A DNA stretch of 64,000 nt from Eledone cirrhosa. Its lineage: Eukaryota. The stretch spans positions 124,001 through 188,000 of the forward strand of contig CAXHJY010000830.1 of assembly GCA_964016885.1 (NCBI GenBank), read 5' to 3'. Each line of letters begins with the position of its first letter. The first letter of the stretch is position 1. A program made the position numbers and the translations under genes. This document shows, piece by piece, positions 40,691 to 54,559 of this stretch. The notes under the pieces are model-generated. The model did no database searches. It was not told where the DNA came from and saw only the letters and a program-made list of their open reading frames with translations.

Positions 40691-40877
40691 ACATCAATAT
40701 ATTCAATATTTTGGTAAACTCTCTTTAAATAATATAGTTGCAGCTAGTGAAATAATTCCAACAAGATTTGAAGGAAATTTCATTGTTATTTCTAACAGAT
40801 ATGGAAACATTAAAATCTTTCCCTCTTTAGCTTGACATTCCTTTGAAGTATTATGTAAGCCTAACATTCAAGTAACA

Positions 40878-41022
40878 AATTGGCAGAGTTGTGAGGTCAT
40901 TGGATTAAATCCCACAATATTTGTTCCAGCTCTATGCGCTCTGAGTTTAAATCTCACCAAGGAGAATATTGTCTTTCATCCTTTCGAAGTCAAACAAAGT
41001 ACCAGTCCAGTACTGGGGTCGA
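40878..41022 (+). mobile_element. SINE family A
   Basis: tggcagagttg...ctctgagtttaaatc...ctttcatcctttcgaagtc...aagtaccagt...tactggggtcgat. Confidence 0.65.
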
Positions 41023-41265
41023 TTTTTCCTTTATCTCTTTTTATCACACTCTCTTTCTTTCCTTCTCTAGAAGAAAGCAGCTGAGTTTCAACCTGGAAAG
41101 GGATGCCATGTTTTAAAAAATGCCCAAGACACTCCAGGAGGAGTGAAGGAGCCTTAAGGTAAGTAAGCCTAGCATTATCACAGTAAATTTCTTACTAGAA
41201 CAATTATGAGATTCAGTTGCGTTTAATTGTACAAATATTGTTTATTACAAAAATTTGATTTTGAT

Positions 41266-41611
41266 AGACTGTATGATGCGTGTATACGAACAGCAATGTT
41301 ACATGGTAGTGAGATCTGGGTGCTGTCTGTAGAAGACTTGCGTAGATTAGAAAGAAACGAAGCCTGCATGCTCCGATGCATGCCCACACTGTAAAGTGGA
41401 CGTGTAGGCGCCATGGAAAAAAAGCACCCAGTACTCACTGTAAATGAGGTTGGTGTTAGGAAGGGCCTCCAGCTGTAGAAATCAAGCAAGAATCAGTTCC
41501 CATATGAGCAAGGCATGGTCAACCGACCGGACACTGCCCACAACAGGACAACTCGTCTAACTCATGCTAGCGTGGAAGAATGGATGTAAAATGGCGATGA
41601 TGATGATGATT
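41266..41611 (+). mobile_element. Internally deleted RTE copy (coding piece fused directly to the 3'UTR)
   Basis: 41266-41378 matches 28515-28627; 41382-41611 matches 29031-29253; (GAT)n tail. Confidence 0.85.
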
Positions 41612-42144
41612 GTCTCATTGTTTTCTTTTCATGTTGATAAATCAAGCAAAATACAGTATTTGCCATAGCATTTTTGACCACCATCCAAATCCTGGTGAGA
41701 TCAACTTTGCATTTTGAAGCAGAAATGTAAGAACAATAAACAAGATGCCTTGTAATATCTGTTCCAACTCTTTGCATTCTGAATTCAAATCTCACCCTGC
41801 CTTATTCGGGTGGTAAACAATCTGTTATCTGGTTTAACATTGACCCCTAGCATAGAGATATTTTCTATGGAGTCACTTCTGTTGCAAGGATTTAAAGTAG
41901 GTCTCTGCTTTGAGAATAGCTACTTATTTCCATCTCCAACTCGTCTCTGAAAAGGGTCAGCAGCACAGCCCTTTCTCTACTGACTAAACAATAATATTTA
42001 TAACAGAGTTTTGGAGTTTTCTTGAAGCATTGTTGAATAGGAAACACAAATTTGAATAATTTTAAAAACCAAACAACGCATTAGGAAGAAAATTAAATCG
42101 CTAAAATAAAAATATTTTACCTTAGCAAATTTAATGATCCTCCC

Positions 42145-42193
<49 letters not shown>

Positions 42194-42197
<4 letters not shown>

Positions 42198-43801
42198 TAT
42201 TAAAATAACAGATTAAAGTTTAAGCAAAGAATCGCTGCTTTCACCCTTAACGGGATCTTCTGAAACTAAAAAAAGTCAATCTGTGAACGCAGAAGTAAAT
42301 ATTTCAAAAAACGTTGCAACCGAAGGAAGACGATACTTTGGTTCGTGGAAACGTTCCCTGGTAAAGAACGAAAAAAAAACGAAAATAATACGTCATTATT
42401 TGGTGCAGTGAAAACAATTACACGCAAAGACAAAACCACTTTATGGTATAAATGAAGTCGTAGACTAATATTCTATTAGGTGGTTCATAGAGACGTTCTC
42501 TGGCAATGAACGGAAAAAACAAAGATAATACGTCATTATGTGGAGCGGTGAGAACAATTACACGCAAAGACAAAACCACGTAAATGGTATAACTGAAGTC
42601 GTAGACTAAAATTCTATTTAGGAACTGAATGATTCTCGGCGTCAGAGTTAAGAATAAAGTAAATAAAATACAGAGGTAATTGAAATTAAATATATACATA
42701 CACGTATCCATAGACGTACATACACAAGGATACGCGAAAACACTCGCCATAGGTATACAAATACAAGCACGTACACAAAAAAAAACAAACACGCACGCAC
42801 ATACAGAACCCACGCCATGCCTGTACCTGCACACATACGAACGTATACACCAAATACACATAAAAATATATATAAAAATATATATATATATATATGTTTG
42901 TGAGTGTGTGCGTGTGTGTATACATAATTAAATAAACGTATATAAATATACACACATAAATACGTATTTAACGCGTGCACACACATACCTACATGTAAAT
43001 ACACATATGTTCGCGGACGGATGTCAACCAAAACACAAAGTACACATATACACACACCCTACATACGTACGAACCTGCATACTCACACAGACGCAAAACA
43101 AACGTATGCACAAAACCAAATGCACATGTACCAGTATATATAATATATACGCCATAACATATACAAGCAAATATACGTACGAGAAAGTATACGTACCGTC
43201 ACAAAACATACAGGTAATATATACTTACCTATACAAATAAGTAATGGTATAAACATAACATATACTTAGCTACCACATGAAGACGTAAAATATCGGCGTA
43301 TAGTTTGTACTATCCGTTAGGGTATAATGTGGGGTTGTAATACAGGAAAGTTTTGTGCAATTTATGTTTACAAGCCAAAATTGCTTCAGATTTTTTGTTT
43401 AAGATGTGGTCTTTGGCGTAGAGTATTTCCAGGGCCTCAGCGGCGCAGAGGTCACATAGTCTTTTATTTCCGTTATACGATCTAGCCTAAGCTAGGATCT
43501 CCCAGTGTAACTAGACGTATTATCTTCGTTTTTTTCCGTTGTTTGCCAGGGAACGTTTCCACGAACCAAAGTATCGTCTTCCTGTCTTCCTTCGGTTGCA
43601 ACGTTTTTTGAAATATTTACTTCTGCGTTCACAGATCGACTTTTTTAGTTTCAGAAGATCCCGTTAAGGGTGAAAACAGCGATTCTTTGCTTAAACTTTA
43701 ATCTGTTATTTTAATAAATATTTGCTCTACGGTTCTTATATATCTGATATATATTTATCCTTATCGAGCTGTCTTTGGATTTTAGTCTTCAAATTTATTA
43801 C
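42194..43801. mobile_element. Asymmetric inverted-repeat element E4 in (TA)n (Penelope-pLTR-like, non-coding)
   Basis: ~200-bp arms at 42197-42394 and 43514-43717; right-hand tail to 43801; internal ~140-bp tandem duplication; CpG-richer than flanks; (TA)n on both sides. Confidence 0.75.
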
Positions 43802-43856
<55 letters not shown>

Positions 43857-43858
<2 letters not shown>

Positions 43859-44093
43859 CATCATCGTTTAATGCCTATCTTCCATGCTAACATGGGTAAG
43901 ACGGGAATTGCCCCACTTGAGGCAAGATTGATTGCGTGACCATGTCTCGCTCGTATAGGACTATATCTGGCAGGTTTTCTACGGCTGGATGCCCTTTCTA
44001 ACACCAACCACATTTACAGTGTAGACTGGGAGCCTTTTTACCATCCACTTTACAGCGTGGACTGGGTGCTTTTTGTCGTGACAACTGCATGAC
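43857..44093 (-). mobile_element. RTE 3'UTR-like short copy
   Basis: (ATC)n, ttccatgctaacatggg, ggctggatgccctttctaacaccaaccac, gtggactgggtgctttttgtcgtgac; TA tracts on both sides. Confidence 0.8.
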
Positions 44094-44112
44094 CATATAT
44101 ATATATATATAT

Positions 44113-45305
44113 ATGAAAACAGGGAGAAAGAGACGATTATTAGGAAGAAAAATTTTTTTTTTTTCCCTTTTTATTTCTCTTTCTTTTTTCTGGGTTAGAA
44201 AATGATTAAAACGAAATATTTTACTTTGTGTGAAGTGTTAAGGTATTAGTTGATTTATTTATTAATTAACAATGGCATTTATTTATCTATTTATATATTT
44301 AATAATTGTCTATTACCAGTTTCCGCATTTTTATGCATTATCAAATGTTAGTGATATGTATTGGTGTAGAATGGTGATGTTGCACATATTAAAGAAATGG
44401 TGCAGAAAGAATAATGTTATTTACAAACAAGGTTTATGAAATGAAAAGAAAAAAGAAAAAAGAAAAATGAAAAAAGAAAAAAGAAAAAAAGGGCGTAATG
44501 TGGAGCATAAAAAGTCAATGTGAAAGAAAAAATCCGAAACGGACGGCAGTCCATTTAGTAATATTGTTGTGGTCGGGTTTTCGTAGGCAATCGTTTGTTT
44601 ACGACAGTACAGCGCGGCTCCACTTTATTTAACTGAGATAACATTTATATGAGCATGAACAGTAGATCATTACGCATCTTTTGGCTTAAAAATCTAGAAA
44701 TTTGGTCCAGCGGGAATAATGTTATTTACAGGCATAGTTCTTGAAGTTAAGCAGATCAAAATGTGTTAATATAGCAGGACTTATTAACTCTCTAAAAAGG
44801 AGATCATATCAAACCAAAGTTCACCATTTGCCTCCATCATGGATCAACTAAGCACCCTTGCTATATTAACACATTTTGATCTGCTTAACTTCAAGAACTA
44901 TGCCTGTAAATAACATTATTTTTTTCTTTCACGTTGACTTTTTATGCTCCACATTACGCTCCTTTTTTTTCTTTTTTCTTTTCACTTTATAAACCTTTGT
45001 TTCTAAATAACATTATTCTTTCTGCACCATTTCTTTAACATGTGCAACACCACCATCCTACACCAATACATATCACTATCATTTGATAATGCATAAAAAT
45101 GCTGAAACCGGTAAGAGACAATTATTAAATATATAAATAGATAAATAAATGCCATTGTTAATTAATAAATAAATCAACTAATACCTTAACACTTCACACA
45201 AAGTAAAATATTTCGTTGTAATCATTTTCTAACCCAGAAAAAAGAGAGAGAAATAAAAAGGGAAAAAAAAATATTTTTCTTCCTAATAATCGTCTCTTTC
45301 TCCGT

Positions 45306-45311
<6 letters not shown>
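44113..45311. mobile_element. Long fold-back element E5 in (TA)n with a nested inner hairpin
   Basis: Outer arms about 44113-44532 and 44919-45311 (slightly diverged); inner perfect 62-bp arms at 44715-44776 and 44859-44920. Confidence 0.8.
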
Positions 45312-45344
<33 letters not shown>

Positions 45345-46150
45345 CATATATATATGTGTATATAGAGAGAGAGACAAAGAGAGAGTGAGAGAGCAATAAA
45401 TAGAGAACTATATAGAAAGATAGGGATATAAACTCATGCAAATTTCTTACTTATGAGCCATATATATGCATCAACATATTTAAGTCATATATAATCATCT
45501 AACCCATGCTAGTGTGGAAAAATGGATGTTAGATAGTGATGATGATGATGAATGTATACGTAAATCACTGAAACTCAATGAGGAGATGATAAAGGAACAT
45601 GATGAGCAGAAAGATACTGTGCTGAAAAGGACCCATCAAACCTATGCAAGCATTGAAAAATGGACGTAAATAGAAGCCTTTTTCTCCCTAGAATAAAGAA
45701 GATGAAATCATTGTTGTTTTTTTTTGTTTTTATTATACATTCTTACTTTAGGTTCTATAGTAAACACATTTATTTAATGTTAATTATGGTATATAAAGCA
45801 CAAATACACTTTCATATAACATGAAAATAGTATAAATATATCAAATTAAAATGAGAAACTAATTGGAATTTGACTTGTATATTGAATGTGTTGAGTATGT
45901 GTCTTGTGTGTGTTTTGTTTTTCCTATTGAAAAAATTTCCCAGCAATAAAGCCTTTTATAATTAAAATTATAATAGTAAGCTACAACTGATCAGGGTTTA
46001 TAAGCAACCAACACATTACAAGTACTTTAGTAGAAGGATGTTTAACTTAATCTATATCCAGACATCTTTTCTAAGTTTTCTCCAACTATTTACACATTTT
46101 TGCAATCAGTCATTTTTTCATAATTATCTTGTTGAGATGTATTTAATATA

Positions 46151-46643
46151 CTGTTTATACTGAAATATAAGCTTATCCAAATATAAGCTGGCCCTATTTT
46201 ATGCCTGAGAAATAGGCAAAGATCCAAATCCTGTTTATAAGCTGAGGCAGGTAATCAACAAATTATGTTTAGGTGAGTGGAGAATAAATTGATGAGGTTT
46301 TAATATTTTGATATTTAAATTGTTCTAAGTGTCATTTAGAGTATTGTTTTTGTTTCACAATCCCATTACCTAATGGCTTTTTACCAATTTCTGACCATTT
46401 TAAAGGCCATATTCATTCAAAATGCATACAAAAAAACAATACATGATGCAAATTTCATGATAAACATGAAACCAGTGTAATATTCACCTCCAAAGTGAAA
46501 ATATTTTAACACCTCATTTATGTAGAACTTTGAAGCTGGTGAAAATTAGCATAAAATTGAAAATATTGACCTCGAATATAAGCCAACACCTACCCTGCCC
46601 AAATTTACCATTGTTTTTGTTGCTTATATACAAGTATATATGG
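46151..46643. mobile_element. Tc1/mariner-superfamily (Tc2/pogo-like) MITE
   Basis: TA-ctgtttatactgaaatataagc...gcttatatacaagtatatatgg-TA, with subterminal repeats of aatataagc. Confidence 0.65.
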
Positions 46644-46874
46644 TAAGTACTGAAATATCACAATTGAATCAACCTACACTACATGTTCTCCACTCACATA
46701 TCACAAAGGCCAGCTGTTGCTCTTTTTCTTTCTAATGCAGTTTTTCTATACTTTTCTCATCAGGATAGGCATTAGTTTATAATCTATATGCACCTTAAGA
46801 AAACATTTTTCAAAATCAAATATCATTATTATATATACTAGATGGCAGTGGATTGAAAATGGCACTGGATTGGA

Positions 46875-47020
46875 AAATGGCTGTGGATTGTCAGTATCGA
46901 TAGAGCATCAGATAATATGCGTTGTGCCATATAGTTATGGCCCTTCACGTTCTGAGTTCAAATCCAACCAAGGTTAGCTTTGTCTTTCATCCTTAGTGTC
47001 AATAATATAAAGCACCAGGT
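46875..47020 (+). mobile_element. SINE family A
   Basis: ggattgtcagtatcgatagagcatcag...ttctgagttcaaatcc...tttgtctttcatcc. Confidence 0.7.
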
Positions 47021-47997
47021 AAGCATATTCAATTTATTGCATTATTCTGTTATGTAATTATTTTTTCATAGTTGGAGAAATATTACAAGATTAATTTCTT
47101 ACATTGATCTATATAAACCCAGCTTCAATTTAACAATTGATGAACCATAACATGTAAATAATGTAATGATATCATAATATATTTAGATATACATTTACAG
47201 GTTTCATTCTCTTTGCTCATTGAGCAGATAAAATGCAAAAGTATTAGAACCTATCCTTCAATCTATTTAAAAATCACCCAATAAAAGAAAAAGGAGATGA
47301 TCTGTATAACTCTATCATGGAATGATGTAGCAGAAATTTTTTTTAAATAACTTTTTAATTTAAATATTTATAGTATTTTTACTGGTGGACAGATCATCAT
47401 TATTTTTATGTCCGTTTTTCCATGATTGTAGGGGTTCAACTGATCCTTCTCGGCACAGCATGTCTCCACTCACCGCATACCTTCGTTGTCTTTTCTGTGA
47501 GTCTCAGCGATTTGAGATCAGCTCTCACCATCTCTTCCCAGGTCATTCTTGGTGCTTTGTGGTAATTAAAGATAAAATAATACATCTAGACAGGCAATCC
47601 AGAACTTGATGTAAACTAAACACAACAATGCATTTTGTCTAATGCTACCAACTCTACTACTACATCTGGTATTACAACTATAAGGATTAATAATACAGAA
47701 AATAATAATTTCTCCCTCCCCTTTCTCTCTTTCCTTCATTGCTTCATTCTTTTTCTTCTTTCTCAATAGTTTTTTTGTTTCATTTAAATATTTTGGGGGT
47801 TAGCTTTACAATGTTATTTACAGAATAAAATGCCTGTCTAGCCTCGTCCCACGAAAAGAATATATGAATAATAACAACAATTATCAGTAAAATACAACAA
47901 CTTAATAATATCCAGTTGAATATACAAAGAATTTACTAATCACATTTCTTATACTTTTCATTGTAGCCAAAAACAAAATTCAACCTCACATCTAATT

Positions 47998-48028
<31 letters not shown>

Positions 48029-48314
48029 TCAGAGATCACAGCTTATCTCATGATACACTTGTGCATAGTAATGAAACAATTAGGGCAATAACCTTTATGA
48101 ACATTCAAGAGCCATTGCACTCAATAATCAAAAGCCAACAAATCATTTATCAATTTCAGGGTGCTGCCTCTCTTAAGAATACTATATCACACTAATACTC
48201 ATTTAGATCAAAGAGAACATCACAGAAAATAATTATTGTGATTTTAGAGAACTATCAAGAATTGCTGAGATCACATCAAGTATGTGTTTGAAGTGTATTA
48301 ATTACTAATAATAA

Positions 48315-48515
48315 CGGCGATGGATTGACAAAATCGGACAACATGCTTAACAGCATATAGCCTTTTACATTCTGAGTTCAAATCCCGCCAAGGATTTCAT
48401 CCTTATGGGGTCAATAATAATAAAATAAAGTACCAGTAATGTACCGGGGTCCATTTAAACGACTTTCACATCCCCTTTGAATTGCTGGCCTAGTGACTAA
48501 AATAGAAACAATTAT
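48315..48515 (+). mobile_element. SINE family A
   Basis: cggcgatggattg...ttctgagttcaaatcccgccaagg...ttcatccttatggggtc...aaagtaccagtaatgtac...attgctggcctagtgactaaaatagaaacaattatt. Confidence 0.75.
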
Positions 48516-48994
48516 TTACTAATATTAAGAATATCTAACATTTAGGAAGAAGTAGTCATATCAACCAATATATAACTGGGACTTACTTTATTCACCCTGG
48601 AAAGGAAAAAACCAAAAGCTATCTACATGCACTAGTGGCATGATATAAAACATCTATACTTTGACTCTCTCATGAACTCACTAACACATTCATTTGTGGC
48701 TGAAATTTTCAATTGGGTTTCTTGAATGTCAAGGCAGTCTGAATAGCCATAGAAAGGATCTCTTTGATGGTGTTATGTTTAGACAAAGACTCACAGTTTA
48801 AGAACACATAAAAAACAATTGACATTAAACTATACAGGCTTTCATTTCTAAGCTGTGTGTTCAGGACTGTGAACATGTAGAAATGATATTATAGATATAG
48901 TACCAGAAAATAAGCTGTTAATACTTATCAATCCAACAGAAAATTAAGTCTGTTTATTTCTACATTTTCTATAATATAATCAAGGATCAAAGGA

Positions 48995-49335
48995 ATCATC
49001 ATCACTATTTAGCATCCATTTTTCCATGCTAGCTTGGGTTAGATGGGTTGTCGATGCCAGAAGGTTAGTCTGACCAGAACTAGCCATAGCGCACGTTGAT
49101 CCGATGAGTACTGTAAATTTGGCCGAATATTTTATAGCTGGATGCCCTAACACCAATCACGTTTACAGTGTGGTACTGGATGGCACTGTTATGAGGAGGG
49201 ACAAGCCAGATGATCGCACCGAACCCATCTCACAGCGAAACCATAGTTTTGGAGCCTGGCCCATCTCACAGCGGAACCACATTTTTGGAGCCTAGTACTG
49301 GATGGCACCGATATAAGGAGTCCAACCCATCTCAA
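48995..49335 (-). mobile_element. RTE-tail-like short retroposon with an internal 36-bp tandem duplication
   Basis: (ATC)n...ttccatgctagcttgggttag...gctggatgccctaacacc; cccatctcacagcg.aacca..ttttggagcct occurs twice at 49224-49293. Confidence 0.6.
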
Positions 49336-49337
49336 TT

Positions 49338-49383
<46 letters not shown>

Positions 49384-49995
49384 ATTTTAGAACAACCGTT
49401 TTCAAGAGCTGGTAACATGATAAAATGAACCAAAAATATTCTATAAAGCAGTTAGTGTTAGAAAAGTCATCTAGCTGTAGAAACCATGGGTGTATGTATG
49501 AGTGAAGTATACTCTACCAACTCATGTACAATGATGAGATAACTCCTAATAAGAACTAAATTGGATCATGCCAGCCTGATAGATCCAAGCAGCATGGAAA
49601 ACAAATATAAAATGATGGTTATAATGATCATTTCTAAATATACTTCATGCATTTTTTGAAGAAGTAAAAGAACAGGAAATATATTTTATGAAATGGGAGA
49701 TTAGTCTAGCTGATGATGTGTTTGTTTTTAGTAATTGGAAACTACTTCATATTAAAGAACTAATTTCTGCCTGATTTTGATGAATTAAAACCAAGTAAAA
49801 TTCCAATGAGTTACTGCTCAAATACAAATACCATTGGAGTGATCCAATACAAGAGAATCAATTTAATAACATATATAGCACATATGTAGTATGTACTCTA
49901 GTCAAAAGTTAAAACTGAAGTTCATAAAAGAATAAAATTGAAAATAAGAACACAATAGCAAGAAAGAAATGGAGGAAAAACCTCCATGAGTTGGA

Positions 49996-50060
49996 CATCA
50001 CATGATGACCCTAGGAAATTCTTATCACATGATGACCCTAGGAAATTCTTATCACATGAT
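49996..50060. repeat. 27-bp perfect tandem duplication
   Basis: atcacatgatgaccctaggaaattctt twice plus a partial third unit. Confidence 0.9.
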
Positions 50061-52539
50061 AACTTTAGATATGCTCTTATAAACCAATCGCAAAATATTT
50101 AAAATTTCCAACAAACAAATTTTAAAACATACTAAACCATAGCAGCTCGAGTTTTTACTCCAGCAAAGCTTCACTTGTCTGATGTATGAAATAATTCTTT
50201 ATTACTGGATGTACACCTTTTTTGTTTTCTCATAGTAACAAGTTCTTTGTTTGTTTTCTGGGCTTTATATGAAGTCTCTCTAACCCGAAATATAATTAAA
50301 TACTACTTAATTACGAAAATCTGTATCATGATTCTTGTTGTAATATTAAATTTATGCCATAAATAACAATAACCATTATATCAATAGATATTATGTTTTA
50401 AAAGGGTTCTTTGTCAATGCAATATCAACACTATATAATTATTTATATTAACCCTTTCAATACTTATCTCTCTGAAACAGTCTATATATATATACAATCT
50501 CTCATTTTTAATTGTTTATACTGATATTAAAAACTTCCATCATAATTTTATGGAAGATTGATAATGACAAAGTTAGTGGTTTTGGTAAATTCATCTAAAT
50601 TCGTAGATATTTCGAAATTAAGAATATGGTCATCAAAAGATTTAAGTAACCTTTTGTCATGTTAGTCATTATTTTTATGTAAACTATAATTTGAGACTCA
50701 CAGTTGTTTAGTCCCAACTCAACCAAATGCTCTTACTTCAGCGGAGACTACCATCACTTTATGTATAGCGAATCTATGATTACATTATCAAATGTGCCCT
50801 CTTCTAAAGTGGCTGCTGTGGTTGAGGGGAATTTGGCTGCCATTTCAAAAATGTCAATTTATCATATAAATACTGCCTCAAGAAGCTCCTTTGTTGGTTC
50901 ATAGTTTGATGGTTTGTGTTCTATGGGAAAATAGCAGTGAGCTTCAAAAATTATCAAATCACAAAAGGAAATTCTAGAGATAATGTTAATCAAAAGATTC
51001 TATTAAAATATATTTCTTAAAACATTAACTGGTTAACCATTGTCTTAGTGAAATGGGTAAACCTTTCCATTGTGACCTAATTCAAAATGACTTATGAGAT
51101 TTATATACAAAACAGTGAATGTATAGGAAAAATAAAATAGAAAGAACCATATTCTGTAGGTAATTACATATATGTCTGATAGTAACATGCTACAACCAAT
51201 CAAAACCCAAGATTCACTACAAACCATCAATGTAAAATGGCTCGATTAGATAATAGCACAATCAATCAAAAATCGGTAAACAAAGTTGCTTATATGCCTC
51301 ATCAGAAATATAACATTTGCCATATTGCTGAGAGCAAAACAATTGAAATTTTTAAAAAATATATATAGCAAAAGTAGAAAGCAGCTGTCTGGTATTATAT
51401 TGGCAGCTAACATATGTACAAAGAGAAAATGAAATATATTCCCCAACCACACCATACCCAAGACTGATTCAACCCATATTTCACAATAAACTGAAATGTA
51501 GTGCAATCAGTCATATTTATACAACACTGTAAGACATATGCTTTTAAAGTGATCATGCCATTTAGTATTTTGACTTGCTTTAAGATTACTGAACAAAATC
51601 TGTAAAAAAGTAAAATTAAAAGAATAAAACATCAATGGAAAACGGCATGACATGTATTTTTACTATTAAGAATAAATACTTCACCAAGCTAGGTTCATGG
51701 TTCATGATAATCTAGCAAAAATAAGAACATCTAGGAGAGATTTATTTTGACAAAATTAAGTGAGCTACTTAGTACAGCTTTTGAACATTTCCAGAGATCT
51801 GTCTAAACTCCACTTCCTTTCCTCTTTTTCAATTATTTTCTATCAAAAGAAATATAAAAAACTATTCATTCTAAAACAAACAAAAAATTAAATTTAAAAT
51901 ATGAAAGAAGACATTTAAATCCAGCCAAACTATTATATCTATGATAAAAAGTATATGAAGTCTAATATCAAAACCACCACAGATTATGGAGTGTTGTCAT
52001 AACACAAAACACGGAACTGGGTGGAGTAGAATGTAAATGAGGGTCAATTAAGATAGGAAATAAGCTAGTGGCATTGATCTATATTCAGTTGAGCAATCAA
52101 GTACTGATATCAATTTAATTTAATTTTCAATATTACAATAATTGCTTGACTGTAGTCAGTTGCTGAACATTATATTTTTTTTCCCTATAATATTTGTGAG
52201 TTAGGTATTATTTTTTTTTATAAACGAGACAACATCCAATGAAGGTTTTAATTTAACCAATTAAAATACACACCTTGTATTTTTAGATGTATGTATATGT
52301 GAGAAAAAAAGATAGACAGAAGATAAGAGAGACAAAGACAGACAGAGAGATAATGAGAGAGAGAGAGAGGTCATGTCGAGAAGCTAACTTTACTTTCACA
52401 ATTGAACAAGATGATGAAGGAGATTTCTAAATCAATATAGCTACAATAACAACAAATATTATCAGATATTCAGCAATAAAAATGTACAGCAATTTTGTTT
52501 GGATATTTCACGTGTGCATGCATGCCTCTCTGTGCATAA

Positions 52540-52619
<80 letters not shown>

Positions 52620-54388
52620 AAATGTCCATAGTAGACACATATATGATATCGTGATAGCTTGATTGGTAGTAACAATAATGGAAAGCAAGTTTCAAACCAA
52701 CAATTGCAGTTAGTGGTATCAGTGCAAAATTTAAAGCTATACACAGGCATTTAATTTGGAAAAATCAATATTCTATAGGTTCCTATGCTGAGACAATGTA
52801 ATATTCTGTTAATTGCAATTTGTTCTATATTCAATAGTAAATAAATGTTTAATAATATAAAATTTACTTAGTAATAAAACAAAAAGAACAATTCAGTAAA
52901 GTCACATTAATGTTGCTTTCTTGTTGAAGCTTTTATTATTCACAGAAATATATTTATTGTGAATAAGTATATATGTGCGTGTGCGTGTGTGTGTATATAT
53001 ATATATATATATATGTGTGTCCATACCTGCACAGTCTTCCTTCTGGTACATTGCATCTAATCCCCCATATATATTTAAGCAAGAAAAATGGACAAATGAT
53101 GATATGCATATATATATAATCATTTAATGGCCATTTTGCTTGATTATGTGACAAATTAGATGCATTGCACAAGAAGGAAGACTAAAGGTATGGATAGGCA
53201 ATGTGCAGTTGCAAGGCACTCAAAAACAAGGGAACCTATAGAAGAGGAAGGCCTAGGAAACCTTGGGCTAATGTGGTATAGGTTGACACCTTGTGCAGCT
53301 GAACCTCAATAAAGAGATGACACAAGATTGAATGAACTGACAATATGCCATTTCATAGAAAAGGAGCATGGGATTGATAGGGAATGAAACAACATTTAGG
53401 CCCCTACTTGCCATCATGCTTCCCAGTCTGCCCAACTCCTCCATTCAACTTCCCCACCAAGTATGCCCACCTTAGCCTCCCTCAACTCACAATCTTCACC
53501 CCACTCCTTCATCCAACCTATGCCAGCATGAAAGAATGTGCTCCTCCCCTCACAGTGATTCTCCATCTCACCCACATACCCCAATTTACTTTAATTATTC
53601 AAGCAATGTCCTTATGGAAATACCTGCATGCCCCACAATATATTGCCAGATGCAACTCACTTTCTTCTAGGCTATCTCCATGACCTAATTCAAAGGTTCT
53701 CAATGGGAGCAAGAAGGCATTAGGGGGACACTTGAAGCTTTGGGGGGCTGGAAGCCCCTTTAGTTCTTTAGTTTCATAAGTTTTATCAGTCATGTTTGTA
53801 TGTCCTTTAGACAGCCAGTGTGAATGCATTTGAATGAAGAAAACAAAGAAAATAAATAAAAGCATGTCAACGAATTCCCTGGGGAGATTTAAAAAAAAAT
53901 GAAAGAAATCTAAGAAAATGAACACAAGGATGTCAACTTTGACAACAGTTACAAGAACAACTTCAACAGAAATGACAACAAAATGAAGCAATGGTGATGA
54001 ACATACACACACATGCATACATACATACACACACACATACATATATACATATACACACACATGCCTGCTTTAGTGTTTGATGAGGTTGAGAACCTGGTCA
54101 GCTTTCAGCCAGAGCTGTGGTATTTAATCTCCCTAGGTAATAAAATCTGGAGACAGAATTTCCTCCTTACCAAAAAAAAAGACAAATATAAATGCATAGC
54201 TATATACATACATAAATGTATGTATGTATATATGTATGTATGTATATATGTATGTATGTATATAGATATATATATATATATCTATATCTACATACATATA
54301 TATATATAAATCTACACACATACACACACATTTATCGAATTCTGTTTATCGTGAACTCGTGCGCCGATTTTTCGATACTCGATTATTC

Positions 54389-54434
<46 letters not shown>

Positions 54435-54516
54435 CTACATACATATATATATTTACATATGTATATAGCTATGCATTTATACATTTGTATATATACCTGC
54501 ATTTATATTTAAGTGT

Positions 54517-54559
<43 letters not shown>

